Notes: generated by a model from the sequence alone, not told the origin. DNA of 64,000 bases from Bdellovibrionales bacterium (GCA_965200875.1 OZ241456.1:1056001-1120000); one strand, 5' to 3'; positions 50,510 through 61,568 are shown, numbered from the stretch's first letter. Made by a program: numbers and translations.

Positions 50510-52831
50510 TTATTTTTCGCCAACTTCACCAAAATCTTTGTAAGCTTGTACCTTAAGGCAAGTCATAACAATAGTATTAGCCACATCTTCTGTAGCACCT
50601 GTTCTTTGTACTACATTGGCAGGCTTTTTTACTCCCATTAAAAACGGTCCCAACACTTCCCCCGCGCCTAACTGTTGAACCAGTTTATAAGCTATGTTTC
50701 CTGCATCCAAGTTGGGAAAAATCAAAACATTAGCACCTTCTTTAATCTGACAAAATGGAAAAATATTTTTTATAATATTCGGATTCACTGCTGTGTCTGC
50801 TTGTATCTCTCCATCCACAATCCAATCGGGGTACCACTTTTTTACCAATAAAGTGGCTTCCCGCATTTTCCTAGGGTTCTCCTGACGGCCTGTAAAATTG
50901 GAAAAACTGAGCATGGCGATACGTGGTTTTATATTAAGTCCTCGCGCCACTCGTGCAGTATGGACTGCGATATTGGCAATATCCTGGGCAGTAGGGTTTA
51001 TGTTTACAGTTGTGTCCGCAAAAAACAAGACTTGATCTTTTGCCAGAACAATATTCATCCCTGAAGCAATTTTTCTTTTTCCCGTTCCAATGATCTGCAA
51101 AATAGGGCGGATACTATCCACATAATTTTGTGTTGCACCAGTAATCAAAGCTGACACTTCATTTTGTTTAAGCATCATGGAACCAAAATAATTTGGATCT
51201 TTCATTAACCGAGCCGCTTCTTTTTTCAAAATACCTTTTCTCTGTTTCATTTCATAAAAAATATTTACATACTTTTCAAATTGATTGGATCGAGCAGGAT
51301 TAATAATTTCCACTTCATCCATATTATCTAAGTCCATTTCCTGAATAAGCTGGCGAATTTCCTCTATATCTCCTAATAATACCGGACACATTAATTTTTC
51401 ATCATAAAGCATATTAATGGCTTTTAAAGTTCTTTTACTGTTCCCTTCAGGAAAAACAATCCGTGGGATATTCCATGAGCGAGCTTTGTTCTTGCGCTTT
51501 ACTTTGTTTATAATTTCTCTTATAAAGCCCCTTCTTCTTCCCTGAAAGCCCGCCAGTTTGAGTTTGTATTTTTCAAAATCAGTGATTCTCTTTTGAGCCA
51601 CCCCGGACTCCATCGCCGCCTTGGCCACAGCCGGTGCAACACGCGTAAGAACTCTCATATCGAAAGGCTTTGGCAAAATATAGTTAGGGCCAAAATGAAA
51701 AATCTCATCCTGATACGCACGGGATACATTATCCGGCACATCCTCTCTGGCCAAATCCGCCAAAGCAAAAACAGCTGCCTTTTTCATCTCCTCGTTGATA
51801 TGAGTGGCCCGTACATCCAAAGCTCCTCTAAAAATAGAAGGAAAACCCAAAACATTATTAACTTGGTTGGGATAATCGCTCCGTCCGGTGGCAATAATTA
51901 CATCCGGTACTGTTTGTTTTGCCAAATCCGGTTTTATTTCTGGATCAGGGTTGGCCATTGCAAACACAACAGGTTTTGCATTCATACTCTTAAGCATGTC
52001 TGGCGTAAATGTGTCTTTTACAGAAAGACCTATAAAAATATCCACTCCTTTTACAGCCTCACTTAATGTTTTTTTGGAAGAGGAAACAGCAAATTCCTGT
52101 TTGTAAATATTAATATCTTTACGCTTGGTATGAATCACTCCTTTGGAATCACACATAATAATATGTTCCTTTTTCACTCCTAGACCAATAATGAGGCGCG
52201 CACAAGCTATGGCTGCAGCTCCCGCTCCGTTAAAAACCACCCGAATTTGATCCAATTTTTTCTCTACAATATGACAGGCGTTTAAAAGCGCGGATGCCGT
52301 AATAATAGCCGTACCGTGTTGATCATCATGAAACACAGGAATACTTAATTCTTCCTCCAATCGTTTTTCTATTTCAAAACAGTCGGGAGCGGAAATATCC
52401 TCTAAATTAATGCCTCCAAATGTCGGCTCTAGGGCTTTACACACATTTATAAACTCATCCACTGTCTTTGTGTTCAGTTCTATATCAAACACATTAATGC
52501 CGGCAAACTGTTTAAACAAAATCCCCTTGCCTTCCATAACGGGCTTGGCCGACAAAGGGCCAATATTTCCCAGGCCCAACACTGCACTACCATTGCTGAT
52601 AACGGCCACCAAATTTCCTTTGGATGTATAGTCATAAACTTTGTCAGGCTGTTCAGCGATTTCTCGGCAAGGAGCGGCCACTCCAGGGCTGTAAGCCAAA
52701 GAAAGTTCGTCATCTGTGTCAACAGGTTTACTTGGGATGACTAGGATTTTCCCCTTTGGTTCCTGCTTGTGATAGGCTAAAGCCTTTTTATTCATACGCT
52801 GTGAAGCTGTGAGTTTTGCTTTCTTTTTCAT
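50510..52831 (-). CDS. maeB: NADP-dependent malic enzyme with PTA domain
   Basis: AYSPGVA, KPVMEGK, HDDQHGT, GAGAA, PTA-like C-terminus (FPNLDAGNI). Confidence 0.96.
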   Translation of the reverse strand: MKKKAKLTASQRMNKKALAYHKQEPKGKILVIPSKPVDTDDELSLAYSPGVAAPCREIAEQPDKVYDYTSKGNLVAVISNGSAVLGLGNIGPLSAKPVMEGKGILFKQFAGINVFDIELNTKTVDEFINVCKALEPTFGGINLEDISAPDCFEIEKRLEEELSIPVFHDDQHGTAIITASALLNACHIVEKKLDQIRVVFNGAGAAAIACARLIIGLGVKKEHIIMCDSKGVIHTKRKDINIYKQEFAVSSSKKTLSEAVKGVDIFIGLSVKDTFTPDMLKSMNAKPVVFAMANPDPEIKPDLAKQTVPDVIIATGRSDYPNQVNNVLGFPSIFRGALDVRATHINEEMKKAAVFALADLAREDVPDNVSRAYQDEIFHFGPNYILPKPFDMRVLTRVAPAVAKAAMESGVAQKRITDFEKYKLKLAGFQGRRRGFIREIINKVKRKNKARSWNIPRIVFPEGNSKRTLKAINMLYDEKLMCPVLLGDIEEIRQLIQEMDLDNMDEVEIINPARSNQFEKYVNIFYEMKQRKGILKKEAARLMKDPNYFGSMMLKQNEVSALITGATQNYVDSIRPILQIIGTGKRKIASGMNIVLAKDQVLFFADTTVNINPTAQDIANIAVHTARVARGLNIKPRIAMLSFSNFTGRQENPRKMREATLLVKKWYPDWIVDGEIQADTAVNPNIIKNIFPFCQIKEGANVLIFPNLDAGNIAYKLVQQLGAGEVLGPFLMGVKKPANVVQRTGATEDVANTIVMTCLKVQAYKDFGEVGEK

Positions 52832-52905
52832 TTGTTCAGTTACCTGTAATAAAGATTGTTTGGTGAGTCAACACTCTTTACCAGTAGCCTGTGAAAAAAG
52901 CCTTT

Positions 52906-53652
52906 TTAATGAATTCTTATGCGACTTCGAACATGAATGCCATCTCTGGGGTTTCGTTTTGGAGGAGTAGATGAATCTTCCTCATTCAGCCAAGGCATAC
53001 CTTCAACTTCAACGCTGGAGTTGCTTCTTGTAGCTCCAGAGTTGTTTCCTTCAGCAGTTCGGGTTGGTGGACGCAAGGTGGAATTGATTGTGAATCCAAA
53101 GCCAAAAGAATTGGGATTTGGATTGGCACATATATCTGGAGTGATTGTACTGGAGCACATTCCACGACTTCTGCCAGTGTCACGGCAAAATATAAGCTTT
53201 CTTTTTCCGGTTTGTTTGGAAACTCCATCACCCATACAAAAATTATTACCAGCAATATGTACATTAGTTACTGGTCCACGATACTCATATTGAACACTGG
53301 ATGCTGGGGTATTTGAAGTACTGTTTCCCGTAGGACCTGTTAAAAATATAGTTGGATCTTTAGACTGGGCACAAGCGAGAGCTGTCGGACAAGGAACCAT
53401 ACTTTTGTTGCTACCAGATACTTTACACACAGCTTTATTGCCACTTCTGGTTTCTCCATTCACATTGCATGTTACAATGGCAACACAATATTTGTCCTTT
53501 ACATCATTAATGCTAAGCAAATAAGGAGAACCTTCTTCATAAGAGCAATTTGATACAACCTGCCCACTTGCACCACTTATCATAAAAAATGAAATTACAG
53601 CCATTATCAGTGACCACGATACTTTTTGATATAAAAAACTTTGATTCTTCAT
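52906..53652 (-). CDS. Cys-rich secreted hypothetical protein
   Basis: Signal peptide; about 10 Cys in two modules. Confidence 0.7.
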   Translation of the reverse strand: MKNQSFLYQKVSWSLIMAVISFFMISGASGQVVSNCSYEEGSPYLLSINDVKDKYCVAIVTCNVNGETRSGNKAVCKVSGSNKSMVPCPTALACAQSKDPTIFLTGPTGNSTSNTPASSVQYEYRGPVTNVHIAGNNFCMGDGVSKQTGKRKLIFCRDTGRSRGMCSSTITPDICANPNPNSFGFGFTINSTLRPPTRTAEGNNSGATRSNSSVEVEGMPWLNEEDSSTPPKRNPRDGIHVRSRIRIH

Positions 53653-53701
53653 TGAACACTCTCCTTATATATGGTTATTTTTCAGCTTTATCAGGTTTTA
53701 T

Positions 53702-53728
53702 TTATCGGCAACCTGGATGAAAGGCTTA
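53702..53728 (-). promoter_or_regulatory. Sigma28 (FliA) promoter
   Basis: TAAG-N15-GCCGATAA about 50 nt upstream of ATG 53652. Confidence 0.75.
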
Positions 53729-53813
53729 AGTGTTTTTTAAACTTTTTCCAAGGATTCAAGATAATAATTAGTAATATCAATGATTTATGAATTAAAAAAA
53801 ATATAAGTTTTTT

Positions 53814-55061
53814 TTAAAAACCAATGTCGGATCGTTTTTGCATACCGGACCAATAAACTTTGTCAGCTTGTTCATAAGCAAACTTAAGGGCTTTTTGTTT
53901 TGTATTTCCCAACCCCAAAGCATTTAACACTCTTCCTCCATCCACAAGCCAGACCTTATCTTCTTTTTTCGTACCAGCATGAAGAAAATAAGACTGGTTA
54001 GACTCAAAATCCATATCCCCCTGAATGGGCACACCCACTACCGGTTTGGAAGGATAACCTTCCCCAGCCAAAACCACACAAGCAGAAAAAGTGTTTGCTT
54101 TCCAATTTAAAGTCGGCACCTTGCCCTCAGCCAAAGATAAAAAAACTTCAGCCCAGTCTCCATCCAACAATGGGAACAAAACTTGTGCCTCTGGATCTCC
54201 AAACCGAACATTATATTCCAGCACAAAAGGAGTTTCATTTACAATCATCAAGCCTATATATAAAACCCCGCGGTAAAATAAATTATTTTTTTTCAGTCCA
54301 TTTATACTGGGTTTGACAATCTTTTCTTCAATCTTATTTCTTAATGTTTCAGAAATATTGTGAGGAGTAAAAGCTCCCATTCCTCCAGTGTTTGGACCTT
54401 GGTTTTTTTCTTTCAGTTTTTTGTAATCTCTAGCAAAAGGCAAAAGTGTGTAGTCACTTCCATTGGTTAATACGAATAAAGAAAGCTCCTCCCCTCTTTG
54501 AAAAACTTCCAATAAAGCTTTTTCTCCAGCCACACCAAAAATTTTCTTTTTAAACAGCAAGTGCGCAGACTCCTCCAATTCTTTTTGATTTTTGCAGATA
54601 AACACTCCTTTACCCCCAGCCAGTCCATCCGCTTTTAGCACTACAGGCCAGCCAAAATGAGGGCAACAAATTAAAATTTCTTCCAAAGAGTTTACCTCTT
54701 TAAATTCTGAAGTGGGGATCCCAGAAGAGAACATAAAATGTTTGGCAAAAAGTTTGCTGGATTCCAAACAGGAAGCACTTTTGGACGGCCCGAACACCAA
54801 AACATCCAAGGAACGAAAAAAATCTGACCAACCTTCTGTAAGCTCTTTTTCCGGGCCAATAATAACCAGTTTTATGTTTTTTTCCGAAACCAATTTTTTT
54901 ACGCTTTCTTTTTCTAAAGCATAATGAGACAGACATTCAGCATGAGATTCGAAACCGGCTCTTCCGGGCAAAGCAAATATTTTTTTAACAGCTGAGGAAA
55001 ATGCCAGTGCTTTTACCATAGCATGCTCTCTTCCTCCTTTTCCCAATACAAGCACATTCAT
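53814..55061 (-). CDS. purD: Phosphoribosylamine--glycine ligase
   Basis: GGREHA, KADGLAGGKGV, GPNTGGMGA, EYNVRFGDPE. Confidence 0.96.
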   Translation of the reverse strand: MNVLVLGKGGREHAMVKALAFSSAVKKIFALPGRAGFESHAECLSHYALEKESVKKLVSEKNIKLVIIGPEKELTEGWSDFFRSLDVLVFGPSKSASCLESSKLFAKHFMFSSGIPTSEFKEVNSLEEILICCPHFGWPVVLKADGLAGGKGVFICKNQKELEESAHLLFKKKIFGVAGEKALLEVFQRGEELSLFVLTNGSDYTLLPFARDYKKLKEKNQGPNTGGMGAFTPHNISETLRNKIEEKIVKPSINGLKKNNLFYRGVLYIGLMIVNETPFVLEYNVRFGDPEAQVLFPLLDGDWAEVFLSLAEGKVPTLNWKANTFSACVVLAGEGYPSKPVVGVPIQGDMDFESNQSYFLHAGTKKEDKVWLVDGGRVLNALGLGNTKQKALKFAYEQADKVYWSGMQKRSDIGF

Positions 55062-55207
55062 GTTGGGTATTATTATATAAATTTCAAGACGATTCAACCC
55101 TATTTATCTGATCTTTTGGAGAGTATGAATTAAAAGTTGACAAATATTTCAAAAATAAATATTCTTGGTATCTTTATAATACAAATTCTTGATAAAAGGC
55201 TAAAATC

Positions 55208-58200
55208 TTGAGAAAAATTATCACGCTCACCTTCTGTCTTGTGTTTTCCTGTTATTGTTATTCTTTTTCTTTTGTCCCCAGTGGAGACACCCAGTATTTT
55301 ATTCTGGAAGAAAAGCAATATCGCTTGATTTTCAGTGAACAACTCCTTGGTTCTATTGAAAAAGTCAATCAGACAATCAAAAACCATATAGCCAACATGT
55401 CTCAATTTAAAAATCGCTCTTTGGAAAAGCCTATTAATATTATTTTGCTTTCTCAACAAAGCCAGGTCCCAAATGCTTTTGCGACTGTTAGTCCGAACTT
55501 CACAATCAGTATGTATCCTTCAACAATGGTGGGTCGTAGCATTCAGCTACCCTTCTGGTTCGAAAGTGTTTTTGAACACGAATTAAATCACATTTTCCAA
55601 CTTAGCCACTCCAATATTCCAAAACCAATAAGAAACATTTTTAATCTTCCAAGCCTTTTTTTGTTCTATCTGATAAACCCTTATCCCAATATGTTTTTGC
55701 CGATTTTTATTTTAGAAGGTGACGCTGTTCTTAAAGAATCCATTTTGACAAATAAAGGCGGGCGTCTTTATAACGGCGATAAAAGAGCACTAGTATATTC
55801 TCAAATAAAACACTATCAACATCAAATTCCAAAATTTATTAAAGAAAAATTATTATATCTTCGAATGACAGCCCATTCCGGCCAAGAAAAGTATATTCAT
55901 GGCGGATACTTAATGGCCATGCTTGCAGAGACATATCCCCACAACATTGTTAATTCATTTTTTACACTGAATAAAAGCAAACCTTCCCGACAAACAATAA
56001 AACAAATAAAAAGTACCAGTGTGAAAAATAAATTATCAAAAACTTTTGCAAAGGTTTTTTCTTTTCAGCATTGGTATTATTTTTTAGATGATCTTACACG
56101 AGCTTATTTTAATCACTATTTAAAACAAGCTCTTCGTCAAAAAAACTCTCCTGAACCAGCCTTATTCGAGAGCTTCACCTGCCCGCCTTTCAATCGTGCT
56201 GAAAATGATTTGTTCTTTTTAACATCTCATCATCGATCTGTACCAAATTTAAAAATTTTTAACATAAAAACAAAGAAATGGATAAATAAGAAAAAAGATC
56301 TTCCTCTGGGAAAAGTTTTTAAAATCAAGAACAAATATTATTCCCGATCTACAAACACTATAAGTCCAAACACAATTCACTACTCCCTGTTTTCTGAAGG
56401 AATACACAGTCTTGACGAATTTGATTCCAAATATGTGGAAGATATGACAAATACAAAAACACTGTATGTTGACACCAAAAATACTCTAAGTGGATTTAAA
56501 CTTTATCTTAATGGCCAGTTTTACTCTTATATTCATTCCAATGCTTTATTGGATCAAAAAGAAAATATTTATTACTTTAAACAAAGTGGCCAAAAAAGAA
56601 CTTTGTATAAAAATAAAATCCCGGTTTTTTCCTATAAAGGATATTATGGAGATATCATGGACATTGATTCAAAAGGGGTTGTTTATTTTACAGCATCAAG
56701 CCCTTATGGATCTTCCATTTATCAATACAAAAACAAAATCGTATCCAGAGGTTCTTCATCAGATACAATTATTCAAGCCAAAAAAATAAACGATGCAGAG
56801 TTTATTGTGTGTGAGGTAACCCCTTTCGGCTATGAATATAAAATGATTCCCATAGAAAAAATAGCAGAGCAACCTGTTTTATACAAGTATCGCTTTAAAA
56901 ATCGTTCTATAAAGATAGCAAGCGATAATAATCAGTCTTTTCCGGGTAAAAAAAACCAAGAAGGAAATAATGAAAAACAACAATATAAAAAGTACTCTTC
57001 TTTCAGAAATATTCATTACAATGGTGCTTCTGCTCTAATACTTTTTTTAGGAGTGGCATCCTCCCTAAATGGAAATTTACTGTTTTCTGATTATTTAATG
57101 CAAAACCAAATTTTACTTTCTTATATAGGAACGATCACACATCCTGTTGTCTATTCTTTGAATGATGACTCTTATTTTAGAATGAACAATCAACTCTTAT
57201 CAGCAAAATATTATAATAAAACAAATCGATTAAATTGGGACTTAGGATATACTTTTCTATGGAGGCGCGGGCTATATCAAGATACTTCAACAGATTCTTC
57301 GCCAGAATACAGCACAGAATATGATCATGGTGGTTCTTTGAGTTTCACTTACCCTTTGTTTCAAAAAGGAAGATGGTTTTCCCATATATCTTCACGAAAA
57401 TATATGGATTGGATAGCAGAAGACCATATTGAAGCTTCTTGGACAGGAAGTTTTATCATGGGATACTCCCAAAAGTTTCCATTTTTGTACGCTCCTCGCA
57501 GACGCTTTATATCAAAAATGTTTCTGGATTATGAAGTCCATACAGGATCATTCCATCCCGAAGGTACAGAAGATATTTTGTATGCCGGAGGTTTCAAAGC
57601 TGGTTTAATATTCAATTCCACTTGGCATTTAGGGAGTGATTTTTATCTTTTTCCCACTTCGTCTTATGTAATGTCTTTCCACCCGAATATAAACCCGGCA
57701 AGAGCTTTTCTTTATTCTGCAAGCAAAGGACTCAGGAACCCCAACAATCCTTCAGCCTACTATCATCCCGCTTACTCTTACAATGATGATATTGGTTCTC
57801 TTGATGATTCTTTTGATATGCTGGGACCGTTATTTCGCACAACATACCAAGCCAACAGTATAGGTACAACTGCCCTAGGTTTAAAAAAAGCTTTTATTCT
57901 TCCTGTAAATTGGATAAGTTTGCATAGCTTTACACCTTTATTTCGTGTTCGTTATATTATTTTTGAAAAATTATTTTCGGAGGATGCTTTGCACTTCATT
58001 TCAAAATATAGAAAGGATGTATCACCAAACACGGAAATTTATAGAGATATAATACAAAAAAATATAGAAAATACAGAACTCTTGAAAAAACAGGAGATAA
58101 AACCGGAAGAATACACTCAATGGCTGGAATGGACATTTGGTGTTGAATTTTTGTTTTTACTGCACCAAAAAATTCCATTAATTATGGGAGGTTCTTTTGG

Positions 58201-58360
58201 TTTCAGAACACCTGTAAAATTTTGGGAAAATAATGAATCATCTTCTTCTTCAGATTCAGATGAAGCCTCTGGGAAACCCATTAGTGGTGCACTATTCAAC
58301 CAAGGAAAGAGCAATTTTTTAAGTCCCACTTTTCAATTTCACCTAAAACTACCTTTATAA
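55208..58360 (+). CDS. Large exported protein: HExxH peptidase-like N-terminus, predicted propeller-like middle and beta-barrel-like C-terminus
   Basis: Signal peptide; PNAFA, FEHELNH, EGDAV motifs; aromatic alternating C-terminus. Confidence 0.65.
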   Translation: MRKIITLTFCLVFSCYCYSFSFVPSGDTQYFILEEKQYRLIFSEQLLGSIEKVNQTIKNHIANMSQFKNRSLEKPINIILLSQQSQVPNAFATVSPNFTISMYPSTMVGRSIQLPFWFESVFEHELNHIFQLSHSNIPKPIRNIFNLPSLFLFYLINPYPNMFLPIFILEGDAVLKESILTNKGGRLYNGDKRALVYSQIKHYQHQIPKFIKEKLLYLRMTAHSGQEKYIHGGYLMAMLAETYPHNIVNSFFTLNKSKPSRQTIKQIKSTSVKNKLSKTFAKVFSFQHWYYFLDDLTRAYFNHYLKQALRQKNSPEPALFESFTCPPFNRAENDLFFLTSHHRSVPNLKIFNIKTKKWINKKKDLPLGKVFKIKNKYYSRSTNTISPNTIHYSLFSEGIHSLDEFDSKYVEDMTNTKTLYVDTKNTLSGFKLYLNGQFYSYIHSNALLDQKENIYYFKQSGQKRTLYKNKIPVFSYKGYYGDIMDIDSKGVVYFTASSPYGSSIYQYKNKIVSRGSSSDTIIQAKKINDAEFIVCEVTPFGYEYKMIPIEKIAEQPVLYKYRFKNRSIKIASDNNQSFPGKKNQEGNNEKQQYKKYSSFRNIHYNGASALILFLGVASSLNGNLLFSDYLMQNQILLSYIGTITHPVVYSLNDDSYFRMNNQLLSAKYYNKTNRLNWDLGYTFLWRRGLYQDTSTDSSPEYSTEYDHGGSLSFTYPLFQKGRWFSHISSRKYMDWIAEDHIEASWTGSFIMGYSQKFPFLYAPRRRFISKMFLDYEVHTGSFHPEGTEDILYAGGFKAGLIFNSTWHLGSDFYLFPTSSYVMSFHPNINPARAFLYSASKGLRNPNNPSAYYHPAYSYNDDIGSLDDSFDMLGPLFRTTYQANSIGTTALGLKKAFILPVNWISLHSFTPLFRVRYIIFEKLFSEDALHFISKYRKDVSPNTEIYRDIIQKNIENTELLKKQEIKPEEYTQWLEWTFGVEFLFLLHQKIPLIMGGSFGFRTPVKFWENNESSSSSDSDEASGKPISGALFNQGKSNFLSPTFQFHLKLPL

Positions 58361-58371
58361 AAAGGACAACA

Positions 58372-59610
58372 ATGAAAAACAATATTCAAATTGACTGTGT
58401 CAGAATATCCGGGTTTCGTGGGATTCAAAATATGGAGATAAACTTGCCTCGCATAGCAGTCCTGATTGGTCCTAATAATTCAGGAAAAACCTCTATTCTC
58501 AAGGCATTGCAACTGATTTTGGGGAATTATGCCCAATATATTTCTAAAGAGGACTTTTTTATTGATCAAAAAGACAACCGGGTTGAAAAAATTATTATCG
58601 ATATAAAAATTATTCCTTTTGAAAACAACAAAAGTTTTAATGAGGAATGGACCGCTTTGTTTGGTGATAAAATCAAAAAAGAGGGAGAGCAGGAGTTTGT
58701 GGCTGTTAGAGCCATAACTGAACCAGACGAAGTAAATGGTGGTTTCAAATGCCAAAGATATATTATGCAAAAATGGCCAGAATTTAAAAGTTGGAAAGAG
58801 AATGAACCAAAAGAGAAAGATAAAATGCGCTTGCGACTACCGGGCGTGTCATTTGTTCCTGTGGAATCTCAAAGGGATATTTTCCATGAATTGCGAGATA
58901 AATCCTCTTTTGCCAGTAGGATATTGGTGGATGTTCAATATGACAAATCCTCCACAGAAAAGATTGAGAATGAAATAGAAAAAATCAATCAAGAAGCTGT
59001 CGAAAAAAGTGACGCCTTAAAAAATTTCAAAGATTATCTTAAACGATTAAGCTCCATGTTTCATGATGAAGCTGATGTTTCAATCAGTCCTCTTCCTAAA
59101 AAAATAAGAGATCTTTCCAAACATTTTTCAATTCATTTTGGAAAGAAAGGACAACCTGTTTTTTCAATGGAATATCATGGTGCAGGAACTCGTAGCTGGG
59201 CCTCCATTTTAACCACTTTAGCTTTTATCAAGTCCAGAGCAAAAAAGCATGAAGTGGAAGACGATTTATTTTTTCCGCTTTTTACTACTGAAGAACCGGA
59301 AGCTCATTTACACCCCAACGCACAAAAAACCTTATACCGTCAGATAGCAGAATTTGAAGGACAGGCAGTCATAACAACTCATTCACCTTATTTTGTCGCT
59401 ACAGCCAATATCTCTGATCTTCGAGCATTGTCTAACTCTGATAATGGTGTTTTGGCGAAAATTCCTTCAAAAAATCTCTCAGAAGTGGAGATTAAGAAAA
59501 TAAATCGAGAGATAATTTCCAAAAGAGGAGAATTGCTGTTTGCCAAAGCGAAGATGATTCCAAAGGCTGTTTGGAAATGTTTTGACAAAATATTAGAGCA
59601 GTTAAAATGA
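58372..59610 (+). CDS. OLD/GajA-like ATPase lacking the TOPRIM domain
   Basis: GPNNSGKT, HGAGTR, EEPEAHLHP, TTHSP; ends 19 aa after RGELLFAKA without the EG TOPRIM motif. Confidence 0.8.
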   Translation: MKNNIQIDCVRISGFRGIQNMEINLPRIAVLIGPNNSGKTSILKALQLILGNYAQYISKEDFFIDQKDNRVEKIIIDIKIIPFENNKSFNEEWTALFGDKIKKEGEQEFVAVRAITEPDEVNGGFKCQRYIMQKWPEFKSWKENEPKEKDKMRLRLPGVSFVPVESQRDIFHELRDKSSFASRILVDVQYDKSSTEKIENEIEKINQEAVEKSDALKNFKDYLKRLSSMFHDEADVSISPLPKKIRDLSKHFSIHFGKKGQPVFSMEYHGAGTRSWASILTTLAFIKSRAKKHEVEDDLFFPLFTTEEPEAHLHPNAQKTLYRQIAEFEGQAVITTHSPYFVATANISDLRALSNSDNGVLAKIPSKNLSEVEIKKINREIISKRGELLFAKAKMIPKAVWKCFDKILEQLK

Positions 59611-61568
59611 AAATTTTATCCATAAATTTATCTGAAGCTCAGAAAAAGATTATCTATCAACCTATTGGTGGACCTATTCAGGTTTTAGCCTCTGCCGGGA
59701 CAGGTAAAACCCGTGTTCTTACAGAGCGGGTTCGGTATATTCTGGAACACACAAAAAAAGATGGCATTATTGCTTTAACTTTCACCAACAAAGCAGCGAA
59801 AGAGATGAAAACACGTCTGGAAAATTCAGATAAGGTTTTTGATCGTTGTTGGATTGCAACCATTCACTCTGTGGCGCAAAGAATAGTGGATAACTATGCG
59901 CATACAATCGGATTGCCTTCAGAGCTTCATATTTATGAAAGAGAGCATGACAGAAAAACTATTTTTTTACAATCTCTTGCAAATAACGGATTCAGTACTG
60001 AGTCTTTTATAAATAACAACAGCAATCCAGATTATGAAAAAAAACTGAGCAATACAATTCAAAGCTATATGGATAAATTCTCTGAAATAAAAAGAAACCT
60101 CTTAACAAATGATGAAATTAGAAAATCCTATAATAGCCATGTCTTGCTTGCTTTTCAAAATTATCAGGAGGAGTTAATCAGAAGTGGTGGCATTGATTTT
60201 GATGATATTTTGGTTTATGCCCACAAGATACTTATTGAACAACCTTGGTGCGGGCGAATATATAGAGCAAAGTATAAGCATATTTGTATTGATGAAGCAC
60301 AAGAGCTGAATAAGGCTCAATATGAATTTATTAAAGCTTTTTGTGCTGGAAAAATAAAAAGCCTCCTTATGGTTGGAGATCCGGATCAAATGATATACGG
60401 CTTTAATGGTTCTTCAAAGGATTATTTATGCAAACACTTCCCAGAAGATTTTGTTCCACTAAAGTGTGCTCTAAAAGAAAACTACAGAAGTTCAAAATCT
60501 GTAATAAGACTGGCCAACAAGCTGAAGCCCGGCTCTCAAAAAGAAACTAATTTTGCTGTGGAGGGCTTATGTAAAATTAAAGGCTTTGATGATGAAGAAA
60601 GCGAAGCTAAATGGATTTGTGCTAAAATTGAAGAAATATTAAAACTAAAAAATCATGTAGATATTGAAGGTTCTATATCTTTTAGTAATATTTCTGTGAT
60701 TGCCAGAAATCGATTTGTTTTCCAGGATCTGGAAAATGAGCTTAAAAACAAAAATATAAACTATCAGCTAAAAAAAAATAAACCATTATTAGAACCAGTT
60801 TCTGATTTTGGAAAGATATTGGATTTTTCCATTCGTTTGAAGTTAAATCCACAGGATTGGATCAGTCAAAAAAAGTTAACTAATATTTTAGGCATTATCC
60901 AATGTAATGAAAGAAATAAAAACTTTGATATTTTATCTCATTTTGCAAGTCAATTATCAAAGGATAATAAACAAGATATCTTTTCCAAACTTAAACTGGA
61001 AATTTGTAAAAAAATCTCCTCCTTGAATGTGGAACAGCCAAACATGCTATCACTTTTTAATGAACTAAAAGGTGAAATGGATAAAATTTGTAAAAAGAAT
61101 TTGAAAGAAATGGAAGAAAAAGAATTGGAGTTTTCTATAAGGGAGCTTGAGGATTTTAAAAACCTTTGGCTTTCTTTTAGAAGAAGCCCACAAAAAGGAT
61201 CACTATCAGCTTTTAGAAATGCCATAGCTTTAGGAGAGCTGATCGAAAAAAACGGTGAAGCTGGATTTGATACTTTAATGTTAAGTACAGTGCACACAAT
61301 GAAAGGTTTGGAAAAAGATATTGTGTTTCTGATGGGCATGTGTGATGGAGTGTTCCCTGATTACAGAACCATATCCTCGCCAAAAAATCTTGAAGAAGAA
61401 AAAAACAGTGCCTTTGTAGCTATCACCCGATCAAGACGATGGCTCTATATCACTTACCCTGAACAACGAAAAATGCCTTGGGGAGGAATAAAAAATCATA
61501 CCCCATCAAGATTTATCACTCAAAGTTCTAACAACGAAACAATGAGAGTCAAAGAGGTAAAACTATAA
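59607..61568 (+). CDS. UvrD-like helicase (GajB-like)
   Basis: ASAGTGKT, IDEAQE, GDPDQ, NYRS, TVHTMKGLE, VAITRS; ATGA overlap with upstream gene. Confidence 0.9.
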   Translation: MKILSINLSEAQKKIIYQPIGGPIQVLASAGTGKTRVLTERVRYILEHTKKDGIIALTFTNKAAKEMKTRLENSDKVFDRCWIATIHSVAQRIVDNYAHTIGLPSELHIYEREHDRKTIFLQSLANNGFSTESFINNNSNPDYEKKLSNTIQSYMDKFSEIKRNLLTNDEIRKSYNSHVLLAFQNYQEELIRSGGIDFDDILVYAHKILIEQPWCGRIYRAKYKHICIDEAQELNKAQYEFIKAFCAGKIKSLLMVGDPDQMIYGFNGSSKDYLCKHFPEDFVPLKCALKENYRSSKSVIRLANKLKPGSQKETNFAVEGLCKIKGFDDEESEAKWICAKIEEILKLKNHVDIEGSISFSNISVIARNRFVFQDLENELKNKNINYQLKKNKPLLEPVSDFGKILDFSIRLKLNPQDWISQKKLTNILGIIQCNERNKNFDILSHFASQLSKDNKQDIFSKLKLEICKKISSLNVEQPNMLSLFNELKGEMDKICKKNLKEMEEKELEFSIRELEDFKNLWLSFRRSPQKGSLSAFRNAIALGELIEKNGEAGFDTLMLSTVHTMKGLEKDIVFLMGMCDGVFPDYRTISSPKNLEEEKNSAFVAITRSRRWLYITYPEQRKMPWGGIKNHTPSRFITQSSNNETMRVKEVKL

